DNA of 64,000 bases, taken from NCBI GenBank assembly GCA_023515725.1, contig JALDTO010000136.1, positions 323,321-387,320 on the forward strand, given 5' to 3'. A program made the position numbers and the translations under genes. A model generated the notes under the pieces. That model was not told the DNA's origin, searched no databases, and saw only the letters and a list, made by a program, of their open reading frames with translations. The first letter of the stretch is position 1. The number at the start of each line of letters is the position of its first letter. Shown here piece after piece: positions 42,080 to 52,644 of this stretch. Origin of the DNA: Amoeboaphelidium protococcarum X5. Its lineage: Eukaryota > Fungi > Aphelidiomycota.

Positions 42080-43063
42080 ATGAGGCTGCAAGTGTTATTG
42101 AAATTACTCGCTTTGCTATCACTAGCTGCCGCTCAACCTCAAGGTAGTGGAAAAGCTGCTGCAGCGAAACCGGCCAAAGCTCCTACTAGTCCATCCAAGC
42201 CTACTGCTTCTGGCACTCGTACTCTTTAGGGTGACAAACCTTCAGGCCGACCTCCAGGACCCCCCTCCGATGGTAAACCCGGTAGTAGCTCGGGTGCAGG
42301 CAAAAATCCCGTAAACCAACCTCTTCCCCCACGTACGGGACGTACCATTCCTGGTCATTCACCTAGCGACTCAGGCGCCAGTAGTAGTTAGGGCGCCAGT
42401 AGTAGCTCGGGTGCAGGCAGCAGTAATTAGGGCGCCGGTAGTAGCTCGGGTGCAGGCAGTAGTTAAGGCCCCGCACATCATCCTCCAAGACATAGGGTAC
42501 ATCGCAGGCCTCTTCCGGCGAATGCTGGTTATCCGACTGCTGCTGTTCCTGGGTATAACCACTAACGTCGGAGACAAGATGGAAATAAAGTTAAAATGGA
42601 GCCCATGCGCCCTCTCCCGTCCATACCGGAAAATTCATAGTTTCCGCGCCCGTCAACTCCGCAAACTCATGGAGCTTTGCCAGCGATGCGGGAACGAATG
42701 CAGAGAGAAGGTTGGCAATTTCCTTCAAATGGTGACCCGATTCCACCACCAAATTTCCAAATTCCAGGAAATAGTGGTTCTCCTGGTGCTGGATCATCAT
42801 CTTAAGGCTCTAGCGCTCCTGCTGCGCCTTCTTCAGGTATTAGTGCTCCTGCGCCAACCGTGGGCACTAGTGCTGCAGGATCAACCTCTGGTGCTGGAAC
42901 TTCGCAAGGCACCAGTCCGGTTGGATCATCTTCTGGCATGTCTCCAACCCTTCGGGCACAATTGCAAAGAGAAGGTTGGACTTTTCCAGAGAATGGTAAG
43001 CCAATCCCACCCCCTAACTTATTCCGTGACAACACTGAACTACGTCATAGAAGGGTGGACTGA
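42080..43063 (+). CDS. Secreted Pro/Ser/Gly-rich orphan protein, paralogue of 37032-37856
   Basis: Signal peptide MRLQVLLKLLALLSLAAA; GSSSGAGSS repeats; RAQLQREGWTFPENGKPIPPPNLF. Confidence 0.75.
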
Positions 43064-43499
43064 GCTATTAAGGTACAGTAGTTGACGCTGTCACTTTAGG
43101 TCTATGTTTATTGATGCTTGTTTGTTTGAAAAAGTAATGAATGATTAATATCTTGGTGTAGGTATTCTATATTAAATTTTACGTGTGTCATTGTAGAGCA
43201 TCCAAAACCAAACTTGGTTCGTTATTATTACTTAAAACTCCCCTTCAAAATAATGGCTCCATTTAAGTTATCCAATAGTTAGAGCTCCAGATATTCTTGG
43301 AATTTTCATCAACATGATAGTTGACTGTAGAGGTTAAATTCAACTGGCCGTATCAGAGACGCTTCCGCCCGAATGGAACTGGAATGATTCACATGCGGTT
43401 GCCGAATTAATAGGTCGAGGCCAACATGAATCGCCATTTGTTGTGACAAAGACCCATTACTGCTTGTCTTTTTTAATTGATACGCCACTTTGTATTTTA

Positions 43500-44051
43500 A
43501 TGACGTTCCCTCTAAATAGCAATAATAGTAGCAGTGTGACACCGAGATCACGTAGAAACCGTCTCTTTGATATGATTACGAGCGCTTAAAGCAGTGGGAG
43601 TACCAGAAATATAACAGATCATAATATCACCATTGAAACAGGAGCGGATAGTTATCTAATGGCAGATGATGCAATGCTCTCCGAAGATTCTACTGGTGAT
43701 GGCATGCGCATTCAAAGTATTTATTCAGAAGACTTTGTAAGTGTTTAACAGCATGGCGATGTAGAAGGATCACCCGGATCCCACAATGTTGATGCTGATA
43801 ATTATGGCGCTGATGGTGAGCAAATGATAATCAGTGATGATCCTATGCATCAGTTTGCATCTGCCCTGTCCGATCGCGTAAGAGTGTCAAGAAGTCGCGC
43901 AACTTCTGAACGTAACCAAAGTGAGGATAATGGATCAACTCGTTATAATGGAAGATAATTTACAAGACTGACTGCCAATGTTTCGATGGATAATGCAAAC
44001 ATATTCTACAGGTTTTGCAATCCGGAACTATAAGAAATTGTGTTGCGTTGA
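43500..44051 (+). CDS. Hypothetical acidic/disordered protein (start uncertain; frame open from about 43086)
   Basis: TGA-free frame with S/D/N-rich composition. Confidence 0.5.
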
Positions 44052-44154
44052 TAATTAGTAATTGATGATTAGCGGATGCCATGTATACTGTACTATGGAA
44101 ATAAATACTGAATAAAAATCGTAATAAATGTTTTGTACTTACTCAACTAATCAT

Positions 44155-44727
44155 TCATCTTTGTACTGCTTCTTCAAATACCTCTTGGATAGAAGTAGAG
44201 TGCTAATGTCCAGCATCGTTCTGTTACAGCTTTTTATCATTCAGTCGAACGCGTCTTCTCAACTTTCTCCAACATCCGGTGCTATAATCCATCTCGAATA
44301 TGATTTAATCCAGGATGGTGTAAGTCTTGAATTCAGGAACCAGTTGGCCATCTGAGTTTATAGTTCTCGAGGATGCTGACTGTCTCTCTTCCTATCTGCG
44401 CTCCTCATGCAACAGTATTTACACCACTGGATTATTCTCAACTTCCGCAGAGACACCGTCTATATTCAAGGGTGCTGTCAATTCCATTCTCAAAGTTCCA
44501 TCTGGAAGCGTGGTTATAGTCTGAGAGGAAACATTCCTGTTGTTGTTTTATTATTATGGTTATGTCGACTATGAGCCTCTCTCTTCTCTACTCCGGCGAC
44601 GACTCTAAGGAGATCCCTCACCACCCAAGAAGCGCAATATAGTCTGGCGATCTTCAAATCCCAGTTTGTTTGTGTGCAGAAATATTGCATTGAGTAACGA
44701 CTCGGGAGCAGGTAAAAGTCCAGGCAT
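44155..44727 (-). CDS. Hypothetical protein (start may lie further upstream)
   Basis: Open frame to TGA; protein-like segments QILLHEERR and LDQIIFEMDYSTGCWRKLRRR. Confidence 0.6.
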
Positions 44728-45068
44728 TATGTCCTCTATCTAATAAGTTTAGCTTAATGTATGTATACACACTGAGGAATAAAAAAGATTTTTCAATGTC
44801 TCTACAGTATTGCCATTTTGGGTTGAAACTGTTAAAGAGGCGTTTCACTGTGACATGTTTGTCGCTGTTGTTTCAACTCGGGCTGATTTAAAGCTGCGTT
44901 TGCCTTGTTTGGATCATTTGCGTACTGATGCGAGGCTATTAATATCTCACAATTTCGGATTATTATAGTAGGCACTTTAATTTACCTTTTATCAACTTTT
45001 TTACTTTTATATCGTGCAAACTATTTTGTTTAGTATTTGGCGTACAAATCATCTAAGATAATAAGAGA

Positions 45069-45767
45069 ATGAAGGGAGTTAAAAAGACAAAGTCGAATGA
45101 GTAGTTGAATGCTCTTACAACTGGAGGTCGCGCATCGATTGCACAACCTTCGCCATCATTGAGTAGTATTGCTGCCCAGAATAATAATCATTTGTCATAT
45201 ACATGGTTGAGATTGAGTCTGAGATTTGTTCAGTTTGTTGGCCTTATTTTCTTGATGAGCTTCTCAGGTGTCGTGAGTCGAATAATCTTACGTGACAATG
45301 GACTACTTGCTGCCAACATGAGCTTGATTATTCTGTGTGTGCTGATGACTTTCTCTACTGCGGGCCTGGCATTTTTGTATGTGTTAAAGTGGCTAAGTCG
45401 TCCTACAAAAGGACATGGTCTGATGTCGAAGTTGTTGAGCTTTGATGCTGTACGCGTCTTGATTATTGAAACTGTGGCTGATGTGGTGTCTTCTGCAATA
45501 TTGCTGATTTACTTTAGTGTATTTCTTAACTCCATTGGTGTTGGTACAAGCAGAGGAAATCAATGTCCTGCCGGCTTTAGCTTTGACTGTGACAGATTCA
45601 ACTGGCTGATGACTTGGTAGTTCTTCACCTTTGCCGCCTACTTGTGCGCATTAATTGCCGATCTGGCTAGTTGGTTCAAGCTTGGCTACAAGGCTTATGG
45701 ATCATCTACAAAGTACGATGACAGTACTCTTATGGAGTTGAGAAGATTGAGGATGGCCAAAACTTGA
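45069..45767 (+). CDS. Four-TM MARVEL-like membrane protein
   Basis: LRLSLRFVQF start of TM1, four hydrophobic helices, Cys pair before TM4. Confidence 0.65.
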
Positions 45768-45952
45768 ATGTTTCATATAGTAGCATAGGGAAATTGATGA
45801 TCCAGTGCGCTTGATAGAATCTACAGTTTTGTTAATGTATGTTGAGCAATAGAACGATAAAAGTTGATCAATCTTTATTCTAAAAAGTCTCATCTATAAA
45901 CTTTATTTTCATCATTTTATCAAATCTCCGTGGTGCAACGATTCTAAATACC

Positions 45953-47050
45953 TCACCCATCCACAGTCACTGCAACGCTATTATCAGCTGTCGTTGTCTT
46001 TGCATTCTTCTACTCTTCCCAATCACGATCACTTGCAGCTTTAGCTAGAGTTGCCTGTCTCATTTAATATTAGAATATGATTTGAGTCACGACGCGGACC
46101 GACGTGGACGCCACCACAATAGGTAGAATGTACTGTCTATATTATGGTATAGCGGCAAACAAGCCAAGAGGATCCTGAGTTAAAGCAATGTAGTTGATAG
46201 CAATGATTTCACCCAGACTCAAAACAGCTATCATTGGATCGCCATAAAAGTCAACAAACACAAACTAGATGCCACGATAGAGAGGTGTCCATAGTGCATT
46301 TACAACAGATTTGACTCTATCTTTAACGAAGCAACCACCGACAGCAAATATGATGAAGCGAGCGCCTGCCATAGCCCCCAGAATAGGGAAAACTGTGCCT
46401 TGAAATGCGTATGCCGCAACAATAATGGTGATTGCTCTGTTGAAGACCGATGCAATAGAAAACAGCAATGCCAATACCATAAATATAGGATCAGCGCCAG
46501 AGCTGAAGTTAAATACCTTAGGATACTTTCTAATCTACTCAAACATAGTCTTCGACGCCATTAATAAACTAAATCCAATCGAGATAATTTAGGAGGAAAA
46601 CTCGGCAACAGTGAGCACTTGAGTTGCATCTGACGCCAACATCAGCAGAGTGTAAGATTAGAACAGGAGCATGGGAACTGCTTCCAAAGTCACCTCAATC
46701 AGCGTTGTGGAGTCAAACCATTAGGTGTATTTTTTCCATTTGTCACCTGTTTGAAGCGCTAGGTAGAAAGCAGCCAACCAGTGTCCTTAAACGAAGTTCA
46801 ATACGCAACATACTAAAGCAATAGGTAACTTGCAATTAGCAATCAGGCGCAATCTGAAAAGCTAAATTGCCTGAATAGTTGAAGCAACCAAAATAATTGC
46901 CAGAGACAGTTGATAGTATACTTGATTACCGCCGCGCTGAAGAGATAGTACAACGTTATAGTCGGAAATAACATCCGCAATAGCCAAACCACCACTAACA
47001 AAGACCATCACTCTCGAAACTTTGTCCATAGCCTCGTTCTTCTTACCCAT
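45953..47050 (-). CDS. XK-related (Xkr-like) multi-pass membrane protein, paralogue A
   Basis: ADVISDYNVV first-helix motif and IEVTLEAVPMLLFQSY, compare Xkr E-x-x-x-ESAPQLxLQ. Confidence 0.6.
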
Positions 47051-47444
47051 GACTGTTACAAACTCAATTTAGTTCTATTAAATTGTTTTGAACAAGTATA
47101 TTTTATATTGACGGCAAAGATACAAAGATGGATGAGGCCAGCTTAGTGGTATATTAATAGCTTTGCATTATGAGGCTTTGCATAGTAACGCACTTAGTAT
47201 GAGAACATTGCCATGGATTCCAGCGCCCGGCAAATTACCGCAAGACTGGCATATATTTCCGTGAAGTAAGTACCACGGGGTTTTCTTAATACGAATTAAT
47301 TACAATTTAACTAATGAACGACTTAATATAAAATTGTTGCTGTAACGAAGACCGTTCAACGACGACCAACCGCATAAACTTAAGAGACATCTAAACATCA
47401 ATCTATAATTCGCGCTCATCACATCATTACCAGCACAAAATTAT

Positions 47445-48560
47445 TCATGCTTATCCTTGAGTTTACACTTGCGCAGTCTTATCAACATCCTTTTCAGCAA
47501 TATTAACAGTGACGGCATCTTTCACAGCCGAGGCCTTTCTAGCTTCATCACTTGCACGGTCGGCAGCAGCCTTCACCTTTGCGGCTTCATTCATGCGATA
47601 AGTCAAAATTCCTTGCGTTATTACGCGTACAATAGTGGCCGGAATAACAATAGGTGCTATTAATCCCGTGTATTGTGGAATAGCGGATAGTCGGCCTTGA
47701 GGATCTTACTGAACGGCGACTGCATTGATGACAATGACTTCAATCAAACTAATTACGGCTATAATGGAATCGCCATAAAAGTCCACAAACACGTATTAGA
47801 TGCCGCGATAGAACGGCTGCCAAACTCCACTCTATAAAGCTACTCTATTATTCAAAAATCTGAAGTTTTGATATGCAAAAACAATAAACCTCGCGGCAGC
47901 CATAACACCCAAGATAACAAACACGGTTCCTTGGAAAGCATATGCGGCAACAATGATAGTGACTGCTCTATTGAACACTGAGGACACGGCAAACAGAAAC
48001 GACAGAAGCAAAAACTTTACATCGAAGAAGGAGTCAAATCCAAAAGCCTATGGGTAATTCCTGATATGATCAAACAGACTCTTGGAGGACATGAGCAAAC
48101 TAGTCACAATCGATACCATCTGGGCCGACAACTCATTCCCATTCAATACTTGTGTGGGATCAGACGCCAACATCAGCAACGTGTATGATTGAAACAGAAG
48201 CATGGGCACGGACTCTAGCGTAACTTCAATCAATGTATTCGACTCGAACCACTTGGAATAATATTCCCATTCGTCTCCATCTCCTAGACAGTGATAGAAA
48301 GCAAACAGCCACTAACCTTGAACGTAATTCAACACGCAGCAAATAAGCGCCACCATCCTACTCTACCCAGTGACGGCACTCATTCTGTAGAGTTGAACCG
48401 AGCCAATCGTGGCAGCCACCAAGATTATACCTAAAGACAGCTGATAATACACCTGGTTGCCACCGTTATACAGCGAAAGTACAACGTTGTAATCAGACGC
48501 CACATCAGCGATAGCAAGGCCACCGCTAACAAACACCATCAGCCTTGAAAACAATGACAT
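47445..48560 (-). CDS. XK-related (Xkr-like) multi-pass membrane protein, paralogue B
   Basis: Tandem paralogue; ADVASDYNVV, IEVTLESVPMLLFQSY; traced in frame to TGA. Confidence 0.6.
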
Positions 48561-48839
48561 TTTGCTAGTAATTAACCAACTCGAATAAAATCAAGTGTAT
48601 ACTAATTAAAATTATAACTAGATCGTTCACAGCTGGAAGATAAGCAAATGAGTAATTCCAAACATACAATACACAAAATCGATTCTCAATCTATCAATAG
48701 CTGCATGCTCGATGCATAGTTACCGTCCCTAATCGACCTGGAATTCAGGATTGTGTATAGAAATTCAAGCGGAACTGAACCTTGATGGGCAACAGTGTTC
48801 GTAAAAGGTATACACATGGAAAATCTATTACCTCAAATT

Positions 48840-49448
48840 TCACTTCATGTTGGAACGAATAAATAAAAGGATGCTACTAATGGCCCATAGAACGGCCAAA
48901 TAGGAGCAGAACTCCACAACAGTCTCCATTGATTGACACGACATCACTCCCCTCAATGAGCCGCGTCTCTAACCAGCATTGGAATGAAGAAATTACTAAG
49001 CCTAGTCCATAGCTGATGTCAAATATGATTAAAATACACCGATTACACCGGCATTATTATAATTACGTGATCCAGAACATACACCTTGGTACGAATTCTT
49101 AATGGAGGAACGGCAGTAGACGAAAAATGAACCAATAACCAAATCTCTCACAGAATTAACCATAAACTTTGTCGAACTATCATGCTGCATAAACGTTGAC
49201 CACGAGTGAATACTGAGCAGCGGCGCCAGAAGACAGAGCATTCCAGCAGAAATGACATTGCGTAGATTGTCAGTCTACACCAACAGAGATCTGTCTTACA
49301 AAGCGGTAATGACATAGAATGCATAGAAACTGGCGCCAATCTACACCAACCGAACTGCACTATGGCAAATGTTTATGCTCAATTATAATAAACTCCTGCT
49401 ATTCCCGGCCTTCTCCTGGGTATTATCTACTTGATTTATTTTGCTCAT
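48840..49448 (-). CDS. Small multi-TM protein, possibly MARVEL-like
   Basis: Single frame ATG to TGA; AVRLVQI start of TM1 and 3-4 hydrophobic segments. Confidence 0.55.
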
Positions 49449-49676
49449 TATTTAAGGATTTTTCAAATAGCGTGGTAAAATATTAGGACAGATGATGAGT
49501 CTATCAATTTATTTTTTTATACGCGGTTGAAAGAAACTGAATTCAAGCACGGACGTTTAGCTGTTATGTCAATAGTATCTTGTTTAAGCGTAGTAAACAA
49601 CTGTAGTAAAGACGCGTAAAGATACTAAATAATAGCACAACTATATTTTACAAAACCTTTGACAAAAATGTATCAT

Positions 49677-50420
49677 TCATTACTACTCCAAAGTTGTGAT
49701 AAAGCACTATAATACTCTTATACCCGCTATTCTACACAAAAACTATTCGTAAACATTTAATATTGAACATTTTAGAAGAACCACGTACATACCTTAATCA
49801 TCAAATCTTTAATTACGCTCACTCCATACGGACATGAGATCAGAGAGTTCAGAAGATTCTAAATCTACTGAATGACTTCTCATATAATGATCCAAAAGTA
49901 ACTTTGACGCAATTACAAGCTGCTGCAAAGAACTTAATATATCCATAGTATCAGAGAGGAAGTTTGAGAGATGCTAAAGAGAATACAGTTCTTGGCTGTT
50001 GATATCACAGGCCTTGAGTGATAGCAGGCAGAATGATATGGATTTGATATTCTATTTACACTTACGCAACTGTTCAATAGCCACTTCATCTAATGAGATG
50101 AGCTTCTGAATAGTCTCCTCATACAGAGAGTGGATTTTGATTAGCAGACTGCGTTATAGCATTTCTTTGGAGTCGGTATATAGAAAATCCGCGTCCACAT
50201 CAGCCAGTGATACGACATCAAATTGGTGCGAATAGTTTAAAATCGCGTCAAATTTCGATATCACCATTGATATCCCAAACCTCACACTATAAAAATCATT
50301 CTACTGTACAGCCAGACAACGGATAAGCTACTTGTACCCAGTCAACACGACTTGACGCGTATTAATCGGCCGTTTCACATTGGATCCAGAAGCTTTCGAT
50401 GACTTTCCCTTTTTGGGCAT
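49677..50420 (-). CDS. Hypothetical helical protein; probable intron 49732..49792
   Basis: MPKKGKSSKAS... open frame; a 61-nt GTATGT...GTAG intron gives the terminal exon EQRVQEYYSALSQLLEQQ-TGA. Confidence 0.6.
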
Positions 50421-50546
50421 TTTTGTGATTCCTTCTTTTTTTATCTGGAAGAGTAACGAGAATTTTATTCAACTCAACTCAGTTCTATCTAGTTATCTGT
50501 GAAAAGTTAGCAATAAGATTTGGAATCATTCGTTAAATAAGCAATT

Positions 50547-52556
50547 ATGAGAAGAGCAGTGAAAGACGTTTCCAGATTGAATTATGCACCTGGATGGGCA
50601 CCACCTACTGATGGAGATGATGACCTGGATTTGACGCGCGATGAACACCCAGCAATGAAAGAGATGAATAGAGCCCACTTGGTAGCGGCTGGTGTTGGTA
50701 CTATTGCTGGGGAGAAGAAGAAGTAGTATGGTGGAGGCGGTGGTGGTAGTTATAGCAGAGTAGCCTCAGTCCCACCTAAAGGTCGTAATGGATTGCCTCT
50801 CTCTGCATCGACTTACACTCTGGGCAATTATGGAGCTCCTGCGAAGCCTCCCTCATTTGGGCCTAAGAAGAAGAGTGCCACAAATTTCCCCGGCTTGTCA
50901 GACAACAATAGTGTCACCAAAAATCCTTATGCTGATTTAGGGAAGCTCAATGCTGCCAAGAAACCGTACAAGTTGCAGTCACAACCGCCCAAGTAGCGAA
51001 TCTAGTAAGCTCATTTGCCGAAGTACTAATTGCTGGGCAATGATCAGGCACTCGGCTCATCATGGGGAACTCAGTCCACCAAGATTAATACTAATTACGT
51101 CCATGATCAAGATTTTAAAATTCCATCGCCGACAGTGTTGAAGAACAAGGGTCTCTTTGATAATCTTCCTCTGCCTAGATCTGGTGATAGACGCGATCCT
51201 CGTCACAGCTCTGATTATAAAGATGACGGACTTGGATTTGGGAGGCAGTTTGAAGATATGCGGAGATAGGAAGATGGCAAGTAGCCAGAGTACCGTGATT
51301 TGGATGCCAATGGCAAGTACATTAGAAGCAGCGTTCTTGAGAGGATGATGAGTGATGAAGAGGAAGAATCAAAAATAGTGGATAATGAACTACCAGTACT
51401 TCCCAATAAGAACTTTAATCCGTATGAAGAGTGGGGTATGCCTTTGCAGAATGGGTCTTAGACAAGTGTCACTAAGTTATCCACTGTAGCGGTTAATAAA
51501 AGCGTTGTAGGTATATCCGCATCATCGAAAACTGACCTTAAATCGAGTTATTCTAATGTCGCGTAGTCTAACACCACTTCGGATTTGAAGCTTACTGAAA
51601 AGAAGTCCACGTCTAAAAGAGTATTTAGCTCGTATGGCGACAACTCTGCGGCTGTGGCAATGTCATTTGGATAATCAACTGCGACTGTCACCGCTGAGAA
51701 ATCTGACTCCGCCTAGAGTGACCGGTTAGGAGAATATCTGCTCAATGGAGGTAGTATGGTGTCATCTAAGAATTCAGTGACGAGTCCTCTGAATGCGGAT
51801 GCTGTAGAATTTCAAATTCCATCTGGTGTTCTGTCTACATAAACATCTTCTGGTGTGAATTCTGTCAATGGCTTTGGTATGTAGTAGCAGCAGTAACAGA
51901 AGGAGTAATAAAGCATATTCTCCATGATTCCGAATGGCTAAAGTGATTAGGTGTCCAATCCATTCTCCGCTGCCTCTTCAGTATAATAACAAAAGCCTCG
52001 ACGTAAAAGCGTGTTAAGCGCTGATGCTTCTGAGTTTGAACCATCATCAGGTTTGGTATCTGCTTCTGGTGGTCTGATCAATGATTTGCAGCGTCTAGCC
52101 GTATCTGAGAATCGCGTCAAGTAAATAAAGGAGCTTGAGGATGGTGAATGTACCGATCAGTCAGTATCTCCGAAGTTATAATCGGTTGAACTTACTGAAT
52201 AGCCATAATCTTAGTCATAAGATAAGAAGCTTTAACCGCGAGATCCTTCTGTAGCTTAATCATAACAAAATGGAGATGGTGGCCGTAAGAACTCTATGAA
52301 CTCATTTATTGCCATCACCAATCTATTAGTCGCCGATTCAAATGATCGAGGCCAGTTATAGATCGAGTTCTAGGTTGGAGTGGATATAGATGACACTGAG
52401 GTCGAGGTTCCGTTTAAGCTATATGAAAAGGATGATGCCGGTGCTATAGCCAGATGTTTCCGTGTTGTCTTTTAGTAGAATCGTAACTGGGAGCGACATT
52501 TGCTTGATTATATCAACTAGCTTCGTAATGATCATTTAAAGAGTGAATCTACCTGA
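50547..52556 (+). CDS. Largely disordered protein with two PAM2-like motifs and a small C-terminal domain
   Basis: Track ORFs 50793 and 51030 share the ATG and TGA frame; SPLNADAVEFQIP and SVLSADASEFEP match PAM2 (LxxxAxEFxP). Confidence 0.65.
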
Positions 52557-52644
52557 AAGGATTACATTAGTATCATACAAAAATGCATTTTCATTTTATT
52601 TTGCATTGAAGTTTATCACTAGCTTTTAGCGATGTAACATAGCA

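Noticed and set aside
42280-42470. Short direct repeats GGTAGTAGCTCGGGTGCAGGC as a CRISPR-like array
   Set aside because: They are in-frame coding repeats (GSSSGAG) with no unique spacers, in a eukaryotic gene.
42411-43085. 224-aa Leu/Val-rich standard-code ORF
   Set aside because: Alternative-frame shadow of the Ser/Gly-rich secreted protein 42080-43063, which has a signal peptide and a conserved paralogue.
45953-45970. Caspase site (TVDG) at the Xkr-like C-terminus, as in animal Xkr8
   Set aside because: It lies at the very end of the protein, is not shared by the paralogue, and is too short to be significant.
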